NCBI GenBank assembly: GCA_009937615.1
Contig: JAACFB010000011.1
Span: forward strand, 6,446 to 70,445
Source of the DNA: Gammaproteobacteria bacterium
GTDB taxonomy: Bacteria > Pseudomonadota > Gammaproteobacteria > Steroidobacterales > Woeseiaceae
Length of the DNA stretch: 64,000 bases
Direction: 5' to 3'
Part shown: one piece after another, positions 17,034 to 28,243 of the stretch
How the letters are laid out: the number at the start of each line of letters is the position of its first letter
How positions within the stretch are numbered: position 1 is the stretch's first letter
The notes under the pieces: generated by a model
What the model saw: only the letters and a program-made list of their open reading frames with translations
What the model was told of the DNA's origin: nothing
Database searches by the model: none
Made by a program: the position numbers and the translations under genes

Positions 17034-18935
17034 ATGCTTAATCACTACGAAGTGCTTGTTATCGGCGGAGGCCATGCCGGGACGGAAGCTGCCCTGGCAG
17101 CCTCGCGCTCCGGCGCACGCACGTTACTGCTGACGCAAAAAATCTCGACGCTCGGCCAGATGAGCTGCAACCCGGCGATCGGCGGAATAGGCAAGGGGCA
17201 CCTGACCCGGGAAATCGATGCCCTGGGCGGGGCCATGGCCAGGGCGATCGACCGGGCCGGCATCCAGTTTCGAACGTTGAACGCGAGCAAAGGCCCGGCG
17301 GTTCGGGCGACACGCGCACAGGCCGATCGGCAACTTTACCGCCAGGCCATCCGCTTCCTGCTTGAACATCAGGCGGGCCTCGCCATTGTCGAGCAGTCGG
17401 CCGAAGATCTGCTCATCGAGGGAGGCCGTGTCGCCGGTGTCGTTACAGCGGAGGGCGTCACGCTTCGGGCGAGCGCCGTCGTGTTGACGGTCGGCACGTT
17501 TCTCGGCGGGCGCATCCTGATTGGCCGGGAGGAGCGCCCCGGCGGTCGAGTCGGCGACCCGCCATCGATCCGGCTTGCCGAAAGACTTCGTGACCTGCCG
17601 TTTCGCGTGGGCCGACTCAAAACCGGGACACCGCCGAGGCTGGACGGAAGGACGCTCGACTTCGGTGCGATGAACGAACAGCCGGGTGACCAGCCGACGC
17701 CGGTATTTTCATTCATGGGACGCCGCCACGAGCACCCGCGACAGGTCTCGTGCCATATCACTAAGACGAGCGAGGCAACGCACGACATCATTCGTGCATC
17801 CCTCGACGAGTCACCGATGTATGCCGGCATTATCGAAGGCATCGGGCCGCGCTATTGTCCGTCCGTCGAAGACAAGATCGTGCGCTTTGCCGATAAACCC
17901 TCGCACCAGGTATTCGTCGAGCCCGAAGGGCTCGATACGGACGTCGTGTATCCGAACGGCATCTCGACGAGTTTGCCAGCCGAGGTACAGGAGCGCTTCG
18001 TGCGCTCGATCGCGGGATTCGAGAAGGCGCGTATTACGCAGCCGGGCTACGCGATCGAGTATGACTACTTTGATCCGCGCGACCTGAAGCCGACGCTCGA
18101 GACCAAGCCCGTGAGCGGCTTGTATTTTGCCGGCCAGATCAACGGCACGACCGGTTATGAAGAGGCCGGTGCCCAGGGGCTGCTCGCTGGAGTCAATGCT
18201 GCGCGACGGGCGCAGGGGGCTGAACAGTGGTTCCCGAGACGCGATGAAGCCTACATGGGCGTGCTTGTCGATGACCTGATCACGCGGGGTGTCAGCGAGC
18301 CCTACAGGATGTTCACGAGCCGTGCGGAGTACCGGTTGCTGCTGCGCGAGGATAATGCAGACCTGCGGCTGACGCCGATCGGTCGCGAGCTGGGCCTCGT
18401 CGACGACGCTCGCTGGCGCGCGTTCAACACCAAATACGATGCTGTCGCCGCCGAGCAAGAGCGCCTCGACAAGCTGATTGTTCGGCCCGATGCCATGACG
18501 GCCGAGGATACGCATCGGCTCGGGGCGTCCCTGCAGCGCGAGAGCACGGCGGCGGCACTGCTAAAGCGCCCGGAAATCAGGTATCGCGACCTTGCGGCGC
18601 TGTCGATGATTGGCGAGTCCGGCGCCGCGATGGGCGCGGACGACGAGCAGCGCGAGCAGGTAGAGCTGCAGCTCGAGGTGCGAGCCAAGTACGCCGGCTA
18701 CATCGAACGGCAGCAGCGTGAAATCGACAAGCACGCAAAACAGGAAACGTTGCGGCTGCCCGACGACATCGACTATGCCCGCGTAGACGGGCTCTCGAAC
18801 GAGGCGCGGCAGCGACTGGCATCGACGCGGCCCGTGACGCTGGGCCAGGCATCGCGACTGGAGGGCATGACACCGTCGGCCGTCTCGCTGTTACTGATTC
18901 ATCTCAAGAAGCGCCAGTTGCGCCAATCGGCCTGA
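17034..18935 (+). CDS. mnmG: tRNA uridine 5-carboxymethylaminomethyl modification enzyme MnmG (GidA)
   Basis: The ATG at 17034 gives [27 protein letters not shown], with the FAD GxGxxG motif. The track ORF starts at the TTG at 17016. Confidence 0.95.
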   Translation: MLNHYEVLVIGGGHAGTEAALAASRSGARTLLLTQKISTLGQMSCNPAIGGIGKGHLTREIDALGGAMARAIDRAGIQFRTLNASKGPAVRATRAQADRQLYRQAIRFLLEHQAGLAIVEQSAEDLLIEGGRVAGVVTAEGVTLRASAVVLTVGTFLGGRILIGREERPGGRVGDPPSIRLAERLRDLPFRVGRLKTGTPPRLDGRTLDFGAMNEQPGDQPTPVFSFMGRRHEHPRQVSCHITKTSEATHDIIRASLDESPMYAGIIEGIGPRYCPSVEDKIVRFADKPSHQVFVEPEGLDTDVVYPNGISTSLPAEVQERFVRSIAGFEKARITQPGYAIEYDYFDPRDLKPTLETKPVSGLYFAGQINGTTGYEEAGAQGLLAGVNAARRAQGAEQWFPRRDEAYMGVLVDDLITRGVSEPYRMFTSRAEYRLLLREDNADLRLTPIGRELGLVDDARWRAFNTKYDAVAAEQERLDKLIVRPDAMTAEDTHRLGASLQRESTAAALLKRPEIRYRDLAALSMIGESGAAMGADDEQREQVELQLEVRAKYAGYIERQQREIDKHAKQETLRLPDDIDYARVDGLSNEARQRLASTRPVTLGQASRLEGMTPSAVSLLLIHLKKRQLRQSA

Positions 18936-18972
18936 GTGTCCGCCGGAGGTCCGGGGACCTGTCGCGGCAGCG

Positions 18973-20283
18973 CTACTGCAGTGCGTTCATGGGAATCTGC
19001 ATCGGTGCACCGTTGATCGTCAGAACGCCATTCTTGATCCCGGCCCGCATCTCGTAGCTGTCGCCGTTCCGGCGCAGGTAACCCAGGCCAATCAACATGG
19101 TCGCGTCAGGACTCCACTCGGTGACGAGGCTGACGAAGTCGGCCGGCAGGACGACGTCGAAATTCGCGTCCAGGCCTAACAGCAGCGACCCCCAGCTGAC
19201 CCCGGCAGAATCTGTTGCAGCTACCTTCAGCGCGCTTTGCACGGCAATCTGCCCTGATGGCAACTCGACGTTGAGACGGTCCACGTGCAGCTCGAGACCC
19301 GCGGCAAGCAGGCGCTGAACATCGGCCTCGAGTTGCGCCCTGGCGAGGAGATTATCGGGGCCCGCGGTTTCGAGGCTGCGCCTGACGCGCCCAAGCGCCA
19401 TGCCGTCGGCGTCCTCGAGGCGCATTTCAAAAACGATATCTGCGGCACCGAGCTGCTCCAGCGGCGCATTGTCGATGCGAAGCCGGGTCGCGCCAGACAC
19501 GCGCTCCTGCCGGACCGAAACGGCAGTCATGAACGATACGGGCCCTATCGCGAGGGACTCGTCCTCCGTCACGACACTTATCCTGTCGACGGTCAGGCTG
19601 GCGTTTCCGACAGGGAAGCCGAACGGGCTCGGGTCCTGGTCGATGGAGAGCGCGATATTGCCGAGCTGCAGCGTTTCCTCCGCGGACTCGAACGACAGCG
19701 GACCGAGCTTGCCGAGCACGACCAGGTCGCTGGCGAATGGATCGCTCGTCACGTTGACCTCGCCCGCGCCCCAGGTTAACCGGCCGCCGTCAGCGGCTTG
19801 CGAGCCCGGCTCCAACACGTACTTGGACTGCAGTTCGCCGGTGATGCCGAGCGTGCTGTAGATCGTGCCAGGCAGCTCGACGGCCTCGCCATTCGCAAAT
19901 TCGAGCCTGGCCGTGGATACCGCGCGGCCCAATCCGGGCATCAATGATCCGTGGTCACGCGATATGGAGGTCATGGGAATCAAGCCGTGATCGAGACGCG
20001 TATCGATCACGACTGCGGGCAGGTCGCCGGCGCCCGCCGGGCCCATGAACGACCTCAGAAAGTCGCTCAGGTCTCCATCCTTGATGTCGACTCGGTGCTG
20101 GCCTTCCGACGAGAACCAGCCGCGATCGAATCCTTGCGACGTAATGACCACGTCGGCGGATTCAATGGGGGCCCGGTCGAGGCTCTCGTCCATCGACTGT
20201 TCCGCCAACCGGCCGACGATGCCGGGCGATAACAGCACGACCAGCGCGAGCAGGACGAGTACTGCGACAAAGCTTTTCTTCAC
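18973..20283 (-). CDS. DUF945 (YdgA-like) family membrane-anchored protein
   Basis: The GTG at 20283, preceded by AGGAA, gives MKKSFVAVLVLLALVVLL (N-terminal anchor). The GFDRGWFSSEG motif and the C-terminal ...NGVLTINGAPM are typical of YdgA-like proteins. This call rests on my recollection of the family. Confidence 0.6.
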   Translation of the reverse strand: MKKSFVAVLVLLALVVLLSPGIVGRLAEQSMDESLDRAPIESADVVITSQGFDRGWFSSEGQHRVDIKDGDLSDFLRSFMGPAGAGDLPAVVIDTRLDHGLIPMTSISRDHGSLMPGLGRAVSTARLEFANGEAVELPGTIYSTLGITGELQSKYVLEPGSQAADGGRLTWGAGEVNVTSDPFASDLVVLGKLGPLSFESAEETLQLGNIALSIDQDPSPFGFPVGNASLTVDRISVVTEDESLAIGPVSFMTAVSVRQERVSGATRLRIDNAPLEQLGAADIVFEMRLEDADGMALGRVRRSLETAGPDNLLARAQLEADVQRLLAAGLELHVDRLNVELPSGQIAVQSALKVAATDSAGVSWGSLLLGLDANFDVVLPADFVSLVTEWSPDATMLIGLGYLRRNGDSYEMRAGIKNGVLTINGAPMQIPMNALQ

Positions 20284-20446
20284 GACATTCCTCTGACCGG
20301 CATCCGAGACACGGTACGATGCTAGCACGCGAATAACGGGAGCTCGTGGCTCGCCGGCCTAGAAAATCAAACCTGTTGTCTCTACCATAGCGGCCTCGGT
20401 TTGCCGCCGGCATCTAGCAGGCGCCGAAAGCCCGGATCCGGTCCGC

Positions 20447-21061
20447 ATGATCACAATGCCAAAACCCGTCGTTGCCGCCATCGTCGCCATGCTCGCGGCG
20501 TCCGTCTATGTGCAAGTTGCCGCGGCCGAAGTCGACGCCTCGCGCGGCGAAGCAATCGGCGCCGGCTGCCTCGCATGTCACGGCATCGAGGATTTTCGAA
20601 ATGCCGATCCGCCCTACCGCGTTCCGAAGCTCGGCGGACAGGCGGCCACGTACCTCGTCAATGCGCTACAGGGCTACCGCAACGGCGCTCGCTCACACCC
20701 GATCATGTCGGCACAGGCGAAGAGCCTGACGGAACAGCAGATCGAAGACGTTGCCGCCTATCTTGCAGGCCTGGGTTCGGTAGCCGTCACGGCTGGCGGC
20801 TCGGACGGCTCGGCTCCCGCGGCAGCAAGGACCTGCGCCGCCTGTCATGGCCAGAACGGCATCAGTTTGTCCCCGACCTGGCCGACACTGGCCGGACAGC
20901 ATGAGGATTACCTGGTTTATGCGCTCGAGCAGTACCGCGACGGCAAGCGCAAGAACGGGGTCATGATGCCCGTTGGCGGCATGTTGAGCGATGCCGACAT
21001 CGAGGTGCTGGCTCGTTACTACGCGGGTCTGGAAGGCCTTGAAACAACAACGAAAGACTAG
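20447..21061 (+). CDS. dihaem cytochrome c4
   Basis: 204 aa with a signal peptide and two CxxCH haem motifs (CLACH and CAACH). Each is followed by a Met-containing segment, giving a duplicated class I cytochrome c domain. Confidence 0.85.
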   Translation: MITMPKPVVAAIVAMLAASVYVQVAAAEVDASRGEAIGAGCLACHGIEDFRNADPPYRVPKLGGQAATYLVNALQGYRNGARSHPIMSAQAKSLTEQQIEDVAAYLAGLGSVAVTAGGSDGSAPAAARTCAACHGQNGISLSPTWPTLAGQHEDYLVYALEQYRDGKRKNGVMMPVGGMLSDADIEVLARYYAGLEGLETTTKD

Positions 21062-21076
21062 CTGCGCGCCGGGACG

Positions 21077-22003
21077 ATGAGACCGGCTGACGGTGTAATC
21101 ACTGTCGATACCCGATACGCGCGTCCGCAGCAGGACGCGAGTCACCTGATCGTCGAACAGGGGCGGGCCGCATTCGTGGACACCGGCGTCAATGACAGCG
21201 TGCCCCTGTTGCTGGCGGCCCTGGAAAAGGAAAATATCGCTGTCGCCGACGTCGAATACGTTTTTCTGACCCATGTGCACCTGGACCATGCCGGTGGCGC
21301 CGGGTTATTGATGCAGCAGCTGCCCAGTGCCCGGTGCATCGTCCATCCGCGCGGTGCGCCGCACATGATCGATCCGACGAAGATCATGGCGGGGACGGAA
21401 GCGGTTTACGGCAAGGCGGCCGCGCGTCAACTGTATGGCGAGATTGTTCCCATCGAGGCGAGCCGCATAGATATCGCAGCGGACGGCGAATGGTTTCGAC
21501 TCGCCGGCCGGGCGCTGCAGGCTTTTTATACCGAGGGGCACGCCAGGCATCATTACTGCCTGTACGATCCCGCATCGAAAGGCGTATTTACCGGCGACAG
21601 CTTCGGCGTCTCCTACCGGGAACTGGATACCCCGGCCGGCCCGTTTATTTGTCCAACGACAACCCCGGTGCAGTTCGATCCGGCCGAGGCACACAGGTCC
21701 GTCGACCGGATTCTTGCGTATGATCCGGAGCAGGTGTTTCTGACGCACTACAGTCGTGTCGGCTCACCGGAGAGGCTGGCCGCAGACCTGCATTCGGGAA
21801 TCGATACCTATGTCGCGATCGCGATGGAGCACCGCGACGCGCCCGACCGCCGCGAGGCCCTGCAGTCCGCACTGTTCGAGCACTACCTGGAGGGCCTCGA
21901 GAAGCATGGCTATGGCGAGGATCGTAACGCCGCCTGGTCGGTGCTGGAATTGGACGTTACCCTTAACGCAAAGGGGCTCGAGGTCTGGCTGGATCGACAA
22001 TAA
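21077..22003 (+). CDS. MBL-fold metallo-hydrolase
   Basis: 308 aa with the HVHLDHAGG (HxHxDH) motif and downstream His/Asp ligands (EGHARHH, TGDSFG). Confidence 0.8.
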   Translation: MRPADGVITVDTRYARPQQDASHLIVEQGRAAFVDTGVNDSVPLLLAALEKENIAVADVEYVFLTHVHLDHAGGAGLLMQQLPSARCIVHPRGAPHMIDPTKIMAGTEAVYGKAAARQLYGEIVPIEASRIDIAADGEWFRLAGRALQAFYTEGHARHHYCLYDPASKGVFTGDSFGVSYRELDTPAGPFICPTTTPVQFDPAEAHRSVDRILAYDPEQVFLTHYSRVGSPERLAADLHSGIDTYVAIAMEHRDAPDRREALQSALFEHYLEGLEKHGYGEDRNAAWSVLELDVTLNAKGLEVWLDRQ

Positions 22004-22016
22004 CGGGAACAAAGCA

Positions 22017-23021
22017 ATGGATACGTTTCGCGCATACCGAATCAATCAAGAGGAAGGCAGTGTCGTTGCCGGTTTTGAAGAGCTTTCGATCGACGACCTG
22101 ACTGAGGGCAATGTCGTCGTCAAGGTGAGCCACTCGACAATCAACTACAAGGACGCACTGGCCGCGACGGGCGCCGGCAAGATATTGCGGCGCTATCCGC
22201 TGAACGGGGGCATTGACCTTGCGGGGACCGTCGTCAGCTCCGAAGACGCTGACTTTCAACCCGGAGCCGCAGTACTTGTAAACGGCTGCGGACTCAGCGA
22301 GACGGTTGATGGCGGCTATGCGGAATACGCGCGCGTTGACAGCGCCTGCCTCGTGCCGGTTCCGGAGGGGATGACGCCCAAACAGGCGATGCAGCTCGGC
22401 ACCGCCGGCTATACCGCTGCGCTTGCCATTCATCGGATGGAGCAAAATGGCCAGCGCCCGGAAAACGGGCCGGTCGTCGTCACCGGCGCCACCGGGGGTG
22501 TCGGCAGTGTTGCCGTCGACATGCTCGACGGCCGCGGCTACGAGGTCGTTGCGGTGACGGGCAAAGCGGATCAGCAGGAGTACCTCGCCAGGATTGGCGC
22601 AAGGCGGGTGCTGTTGCGCGACGACATCGACTTCGGCAAGCGGCCGCTGGAGAAGGGCGAGTGGGCGGGCGCCATCGACAATCTCGGCGGCGACTATCTG
22701 ACCTGGCTGACGCGCACGATGAATTACGGCGGCAACATTGCGAGCGTCGGCCTGGCCGCGAGCGTGGCGCTCAACACGACAGTGCTGCCCTTCATCCTCA
22801 GGGCGGTCTGCCTGCTGGGCATCAACTCGGTCGATACGCCGCGAGACTTGCGGCTGGCGGTCTGGTCGCGCATAGGCAGCGACCTCAAACCGCGGCACCT
22901 CGACACCATCGGGCACCGCACGGTCGGCTTCGATGAGCTGCCGGGTTTGTTCCAGGCGTATATCGACGGCAATGTCAGTGGCCGAACCGTCGTGGAAATG
23001 CCGAACAGGCGGGCGTCCTGA
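22017..23021 (+). CDS. acuI: acrylyl-CoA reductase AcuI / YhdH-family NADPH-dependent MDR oxidoreductase
   Basis: The ATG at 22017 gives MDTFRAY.... From memory, there is strong motif-by-motif resemblance to E. coli YhdH (SxINYKDALAxTG, VVTGAxGGVGSxAV, NYGGxxAxxGLA, VxPFILRxVxLxGxDSV, GRTxV). The track ORF has an upstream extension that I reject. Confidence 0.85.
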   Translation: MDTFRAYRINQEEGSVVAGFEELSIDDLTEGNVVVKVSHSTINYKDALAATGAGKILRRYPLNGGIDLAGTVVSSEDADFQPGAAVLVNGCGLSETVDGGYAEYARVDSACLVPVPEGMTPKQAMQLGTAGYTAALAIHRMEQNGQRPENGPVVVTGATGGVGSVAVDMLDGRGYEVVAVTGKADQQEYLARIGARRVLLRDDIDFGKRPLEKGEWAGAIDNLGGDYLTWLTRTMNYGGNIASVGLAASVALNTTVLPFILRAVCLLGINSVDTPRDLRLAVWSRIGSDLKPRHLDTIGHRTVGFDELPGLFQAYIDGNVSGRTVVEMPNRRAS

Positions 23022-23044
23022 AAGAATTTTAGCGGGCGCTCAAT

Positions 23045-23072
23045 TTGGGAAACGACCCTCCGCTGGTATAAA
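23045..23072 (+). promoter_or_regulatory. possible sigma70 promoter of prpBCD (TTGGGA, 16-nt spacer, TATAAA)
   Basis: Pattern only, in the relatively AT-rich spacer upstream of prpB. Confidence 0.3.
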
Positions 23073-23138
23073 ATCGCGCTCCCACAATTTTAATGTGCAT
23101 TAGAATTGTGACCAAGGTAAAGCAGGAGTAACTGCCAC

Positions 23139-24029
23139 ATGAGCGCAGGCCCACGACTTTGGAACGCCATCGAAGATGAGCGGCCGCTGCAAATTGTCGG
23201 CGCGATCAACGCCTATACGGCCTTGCTCGCCGAGCAGGCCGGGTTCAGGGCTATCTACCTGTCCGGTGCGGGCGTTGCGAACGCGTCTTTCGGTCTGCCC
23301 GACCTCGCGATGACGACGTTGAACGATGTTTGCGAGGACATCCGCCGCATCAGCGGCGCGACGGAGCTGCCGTTGCTCGTCGATGCGGACACGGGTTGGG
23401 GCAGCGCGTTCATGATCGGCCGCACGATCCGCGAGATGGCCCGTGCAGGAGCAGCTGGCTGCCACCTTGAGGACCAGGTTGCGGTCAAGCGCTGCGGGCA
23501 CCGGCCGGGCAAGGCGCTCGTGAATCCGGGCGAAATGTGTGACCGGCTGAAGGCGGCTGTGGACGCCCGTCAAGACGATCAGTTCGTGATCATGGCCAGA
23601 ACCGACGCGCACGCCGTCGAGGGCCAGCAGGCCGCGATCGATCGGGCCGCGGCGTATGTCGATGCGGGCGCAGACATGATTTTCGCCGAGGCGCTCACAA
23701 CGCTGGACGAATACAGGGAGTTCACAGACACGATCGACGTACCGGTGCTCGCCAACCTGACGGAATTCGGCAAGACGCCGCTGTTTACGACGGCCGAGCT
23801 TGCCGAAGCCGGCGTCCGGATCGCGCTGTATCCGCTGAGCGCCTTCCGCGCGATGTCGAAAGCCGCGTTCGCGGTCTACGAAACGCTGCGCAAGGACGGC
23901 ACGCAACGGGCATCGGTCGATAGCATGCAGACGCGCGATGAGCTCTACGAAGTGTTGGGTTACCGCGCATATGAGGCCAAGCTCGACGAGTTGTTCGCCG
24001 AAAAAGGCCTTGATACAGGTAAGGACTGA
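23139..24029 (+). CDS. prpB: 2-methylisocitrate lyase
   Basis: 296 aa in the PEP mutase/isocitrate lyase superfamily ([14 protein letters not shown]). It lies upstream of prpC and prpD. Confidence 0.9.
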   Translation: MSAGPRLWNAIEDERPLQIVGAINAYTALLAEQAGFRAIYLSGAGVANASFGLPDLAMTTLNDVCEDIRRISGATELPLLVDADTGWGSAFMIGRTIREMARAGAAGCHLEDQVAVKRCGHRPGKALVNPGEMCDRLKAAVDARQDDQFVIMARTDAHAVEGQQAAIDRAAAYVDAGADMIFAEALTTLDEYREFTDTIDVPVLANLTEFGKTPLFTTAELAEAGVRIALYPLSAFRAMSKAAFAVYETLRKDGTQRASVDSMQTRDELYEVLGYRAYEAKLDELFAEKGLDTGKD

Positions 24030-24069
24030 AGCACCGGCGCCCGGGCGGCATCGGTGAAGGAGCACAGAC

Positions 24070-25191
24070 ATGACCGAGAAAAAGAAAGCGGGTGGCCTGG
24101 CGGGCGTGGTTGCCGGCCAGACGGCGCTCTGCACGGTCGGCAAGGAAGGGGCCGGGCTGACGTATCGGGGTTATGACATCTACGACCTCGCCGATAACGC
24201 GAGTTTCGAGGAAGTCGCCTACCTGCTGCTGCACGGGAAATTACCCAGCCGCGCCGAGCTCGACGGCTATATCGCCAACATCAAATCACTGCGGTCCCTG
24301 CCGGACGCGCTCAAGACCGTGCTGGAGATGGTTCCCGCAGGCACGCATCCGATGGACGTGCTGCGCACGGGGGTGTCATTCCTCGGCAACATCGAACCCG
24401 AGGGGGACTTCTCGAACCAGGCCGGCGTCGCCGATCGTCTGCTTGCCTGCCTTCCGTCGATTCTCCTGTACTGGCATCGATTTCACGCGGACGGCGTGCG
24501 CATCGAAACCACAACCGATGACGACAGTATCGCCGGCCACTTTCTGCATCTTCTGCACGGCGAAGCACCGCCCGAGTTAGTCAGAAAGAGCCTGGACACG
24601 ACCCTGATTCTGTATGCCGAACACGAATTCAATGCGTCGACTTTCGCGGGAAGAGTGATTACGGGGACGTTGTCCGACATGCACTCCGCGGTCGTCGGCG
24701 CGATCGGTGCTTTGCGTGGCCCGCTGCACGGCGGAGCCAACGAAGCGGCCATGGAGCTCATTCAGAAGTTCGACTCGCCGGACGCTGCGACGGCGGGCAT
24801 TCACGCGATGCTGGAACGGAAGGACCTGATCATGGGCTTCGGACACCGTGTCTACACGACATCGGACCCGCGCAATGCGCTCAATAAACGAATGTCGAAG
24901 GCGCTCGCGGACAGGGCCGGTGATACGTTGTTGTTTCCGGTCTCGGAAGCGATCGAAAAAGTCATGTGGGACGAAAAAAGACTGTTCGCGAATGCCGATT
25001 TCTACGCGGCGACGGTTTATCACTTCATGGGTGTACCGACCTACTTGTTTACGCCGATATTCGTTTGCTCACGCATCACCGGCTGGGCCGCGCATATCAT
25101 GGAACAACGCGCCGACAACAAGCTTATTCGCCCGGCAGCGGAGTATATCGGCCCGTCGCTGCGCGAGTGGGTCGCGATTGATGACCGCTAG
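24070..25191 (+). CDS. prpC: 2-methylcitrate synthase
   Basis: 373 aa of the citrate synthase family ([16 protein letters not shown]). It sits between prpB and prpD. Confidence 0.9.
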   Translation: MTEKKKAGGLAGVVAGQTALCTVGKEGAGLTYRGYDIYDLADNASFEEVAYLLLHGKLPSRAELDGYIANIKSLRSLPDALKTVLEMVPAGTHPMDVLRTGVSFLGNIEPEGDFSNQAGVADRLLACLPSILLYWHRFHADGVRIETTTDDDSIAGHFLHLLHGEAPPELVRKSLDTTLILYAEHEFNASTFAGRVITGTLSDMHSAVVGAIGALRGPLHGGANEAAMELIQKFDSPDAATAGIHAMLERKDLIMGFGHRVYTTSDPRNALNKRMSKALADRAGDTLLFPVSEAIEKVMWDEKRLFANADFYAATVYHFMGVPTYLFTPIFVCSRITGWAAHIMEQRADNKLIRPAAEYIGPSLREWVAIDDR

Positions 25192-25232
25192 GCGCCGAGC
25201 GCGCGAATAACCACGACAAAAGCGGAGACTCC

Positions 25233-26681
25233 ATGTCCACAACCGATGTTCGTTCAGCGAAGCGCCCCGACTGGGACGCCGCCCTCGTTGATATCGCCGA
25301 CTACGTTTGCGATTACGCGATCGACAGCGATCTCGCATTCGAAACGGCGCACTACTGCCTGATCGATACGCTCGCCTGTGGCTTCCAGGCACTTGATTAT
25401 CCTGCCTGTACCAAGCTGCTCGGTCCCGTCGTGCCCGGGGCAACGCTCGCCGGCGGCGCGCGCGTGCCCGGAACGTCTTACGAGCTCGAGCCGGTCATGG
25501 CGGCGTTCAATATCGGCGCGATGAACCGCTGGCTGGACTTCAACGACACCTGGCTGGCGGCAGAATGGGGCCACCCCTCAGACAACCTGGGTGGAATTCT
25601 TGCGATTGCCGACTACCTGAGCCGGCAGAATCGTGCGACGGGGGCCGCGCCATTGACGATGGGCGATGTGCTTGCGGCGATGATCAAGGCGCACGAAATA
25701 CAGGGCGTGCTCGCGCTCGAAAACAGCTACAACAGGGTCGGCCTTGATCATGTCCTCCTGGTACGGGTGGCCTCGACGGCAGTCGTAACGCGGATGCTCG
25801 GCGGTGACCGTGACCAGGTCCTGAACGCGCTATCGCACGCCTGGATCGATGGCGGCGCACTGCGAACCTATCGTCACGCGCCGAATACCGGATCCCGGAA
25901 AAGCTGGGCGGCCGGAGATGCGACGAGCCGGGCAGTCCGGCTCGCGCTGATCGCGATGACCGGGGAGATGGGTTATCCGTCGGCACTGACCGCAAAGACC
26001 TGGGGCTACTATGACGTCCTGTTCAAGGGCCGGCCTTTCGCCTTTCAGCGCGGCTACGGCAGCTATGTCATGGAGAACGTGTTGTTCAAGATTTCCTACC
26101 CGGCCGAGTTTCATGCGCAAACGTGCGTGGAAGCGAGCATGACGCTGCACGCGGAGGTGAAGGACCGGATCGACGACATCGAGCGCATAGTGATCGAGAC
26201 GCAGGAGGCAGGCGCGCGGATCATCGACAAGACCGGCCCGCTCGACAACCCCGCCGATCGTGATCATTGTATTCAGTACATGGCTGCCGTGCCGTTGATT
26301 TTCGGCCGCCTCACCGCGGCAGATTACGAGGACGACGTAGCTCGCGATCCACGCGTGGACGCGTTGCGCGAGAAAATGGAAGTTCGCGAGAACGAGCAGT
26401 TCACGAAGGACTATTTCGATCCCGAAAAGCGTTACATCGGCAACGCCGTGCAGGTTTTCTTCACAGACGGCACGAGCACCGCGAGGGTCGAGGTTCCGTT
26501 CCCTATCGGCCATCGCGAACGCCGTGCTGAAGGTATACCGATACTCAAGCAGAAGTTCGCCAGCAGCGTCGCGCCGAAGCTCGGTGCGACGCAGTGGGCC
26601 GAGCTCGACGCACTATGCGCTGACCGGGAAAAACTTGTCGCTACGGCCGTCGACGACTTCATGGCGCTGCTGGTCGTCTGA
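25233..26681 (+). CDS. prpD: 2-methylcitrate dehydratase
   Basis: 482 aa of the MmgE/PrpD family, the last gene of the prpBCD cluster. Confidence 0.9.
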   Translation: MSTTDVRSAKRPDWDAALVDIADYVCDYAIDSDLAFETAHYCLIDTLACGFQALDYPACTKLLGPVVPGATLAGGARVPGTSYELEPVMAAFNIGAMNRWLDFNDTWLAAEWGHPSDNLGGILAIADYLSRQNRATGAAPLTMGDVLAAMIKAHEIQGVLALENSYNRVGLDHVLLVRVASTAVVTRMLGGDRDQVLNALSHAWIDGGALRTYRHAPNTGSRKSWAAGDATSRAVRLALIAMTGEMGYPSALTAKTWGYYDVLFKGRPFAFQRGYGSYVMENVLFKISYPAEFHAQTCVEASMTLHAEVKDRIDDIERIVIETQEAGARIIDKTGPLDNPADRDHCIQYMAAVPLIFGRLTAADYEDDVARDPRVDALREKMEVRENEQFTKDYFDPEKRYIGNAVQVFFTDGTSTARVEVPFPIGHRERRAEGIPILKQKFASSVAPKLGATQWAELDALCADREKLVATAVDDFMALLVV

Positions 26682-26768
26682 ACGGGCCGCGAGGCGCCGG
26701 GTTCAGAAACCCTTTTCGACGACCGCTGGCGGCGCCGTAAGCTGACGCTGGTCAAATGCCGGAGCAAA

Positions 26769-27404
26769 TTGCGAGTCAGGATGCTCGAAGAGATTCAGAA
26801 AGCCCTCGACAAACTCGGGCAGAGTTTCCCGGACGATACGGCGCGCAGGCTGGCGGCACTGCTTGGCGAGCTCGCACGCTGGAATGAGAAGGTCAACCTG
26901 ACGGCCATCCGCGATCCGGCGGGCATGATTTCCGGGCACCTGCTCGACAGCCTGGTCGTTCGGCCGCTCTTGCAGGGCCGGCGGATCCTCGACGTTGGCA
27001 CGGGCGCCGGTTTTCCGGGGCTGCCGCTCGCGATCGTCGAGCCGCAGCGCCAGTTTGAACTGATCGACGGCACGGGCAAGAAGATTCAGTTCGTCGAGCA
27101 CGTGATCGCGCTGCTCGGACTTGAAAATGTGCGGGGCATGACTGTTCGCGCTGAAGACTATGCGCCCGGTGAGGGCTTTGATACTGTGATCGCGAGAGCT
27201 GTTGCAGCGCTGCCGAAGCTCTTGGAAATAGCCGGGCACCTGGTGCACGAAGAGGGCGTGTTTATCGCGTTCAAAGGGCGCTATCCCGAAGAAGAACTAA
27301 AGGCGCTGCCGGACACGTGGAGTTATAGTGTAGAAGTACTCGATGTGCCGGGCCTCGAACCGGGGTCGCGGCACGCGGTGTTGATGCGACGCAAAAAACC
27401 ATGA
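26769..27404 (+). CDS. rsmG: 16S rRNA (guanine527-N7)-methyltransferase RsmG (GidB)
   Basis: TTG start at 26769; the ATG at 26781 is an alternative. It has the SAM motif ILDVGTGAGFPGLPLAI. Its stop overlaps the parA start (ATGA at 27401-27404). Confidence 0.92.
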   Translation: MRVRMLEEIQKALDKLGQSFPDDTARRLAALLGELARWNEKVNLTAIRDPAGMISGHLLDSLVVRPLLQGRRILDVGTGAGFPGLPLAIVEPQRQFELIDGTGKKIQFVEHVIALLGLENVRGMTVRAEDYAPGEGFDTVIARAVAALPKLLEIAGHLVHEEGVFIAFKGRYPEEELKALPDTWSYSVEVLDVPGLEPGSRHAVLMRRKKP

Positions 27405-28192
27405 CGCGAATTATTGCAGTAGCGAACCAGAAAGGCGGGGTCGGCAAGACGACCACCTGTGTCAATCTTGCGGCATCGCTGGCGGCGACGCAGCGTCGTG
27501 TATTGCTCGTCGACATGGACCCGCAGGGCAACGCCACGATGGGCTGCGGTATCGACAAGCGCGAGGTGGAGCGATCGGCGTGTGACGTGCTGCTCGGCGA
27601 GGCGACCGCAGCCGACACTATTGTCTCGGCGCCCGAGGGCGGCTTCGCCGTGCTGCCGGGTAACGAGGAGCTGACGCTCGCCGAAGTAAAGCTTTTGCAG
27701 GAAATCGGCCGTGAGATGAAGCTGCGCAAGGCGCTCGCGCCCGTGGTCGGGCTGTATGACTTCATACTGATTGACTGTCCACCATCGATCAATATGTTGA
27801 CCGTAAACGCGCTGACCGCGGCCGACGGCGTGTTGATCCCGATGCAGTGCGAGTATTATGCGCTGGAGGGCCTGAGCGCTCTGCTGGACACGGTTACTCA
27901 GGTCCGCGACTCGGTGAACCCCCAGCTCGAGGTGTACGGCATCTTGCGCACGATGTTCGATCCGCGCGTCAATCTGTCAAGCGAAGTATCGATGCAGCTG
28001 CTCGACCATTTCGATCGCAAGGTGTTTCGCACGGTAATACCGCGCAACATCCGCCTTGCCGAGGCCCCGAGTTTCGGCCGGCCGGTGCTGCTCCACGATC
28101 GCTCGTCGCGCGGCGCGATTGCCTACCTGGCCCTCGCCGGTGAAATTCTCCGGCTCGAAGATGCGCGCGAGCAACGCCTGCGGGTAGTGTAA
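27401..28192 (+). CDS. parA: chromosome partitioning ATPase ParA (Soj)
   Basis: 263 aa with the deviant Walker A KGGVGKTT, upstream of parB. Confidence 0.93.
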   Translation: MTRIIAVANQKGGVGKTTTCVNLAASLAATQRRVLLVDMDPQGNATMGCGIDKREVERSACDVLLGEATAADTIVSAPEGGFAVLPGNEELTLAEVKLLQEIGREMKLRKALAPVVGLYDFILIDCPPSINMLTVNALTAADGVLIPMQCEYYALEGLSALLDTVTQVRDSVNPQLEVYGILRTMFDPRVNLSSEVSMQLLDHFDRKVFRTVIPRNIRLAEAPSFGRPVLLHDRSSRGAIAYLALAGEILRLEDAREQRLRVV

Positions 28193-28243
28193 GGTTTGCC
28201 GATGCGACTAATGGCTATCAGCAGCTGCAAGGCTGTCACGTAG

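Noticed and set aside
21963-22916. 317-aa minus-strand ORF
   Set aside because: It is antisense to the strongly supported acuI/yhdH-like gene and is Arg/Ala-rich.
23064-23077. TGGTATAAAATCGC, considered as a sigma54 (-24/-12) promoter for prpBCD
   Set aside because: The GG-to-GC spacing is 9 nt rather than 10, the -12 element is poor, and no PrpR-type activator is encoded nearby. A weak sigma70 reading is listed instead.
23100-24143. 347-aa minus-strand ORF
   Set aside because: It is antisense to prpB and shows no recognisable motifs.
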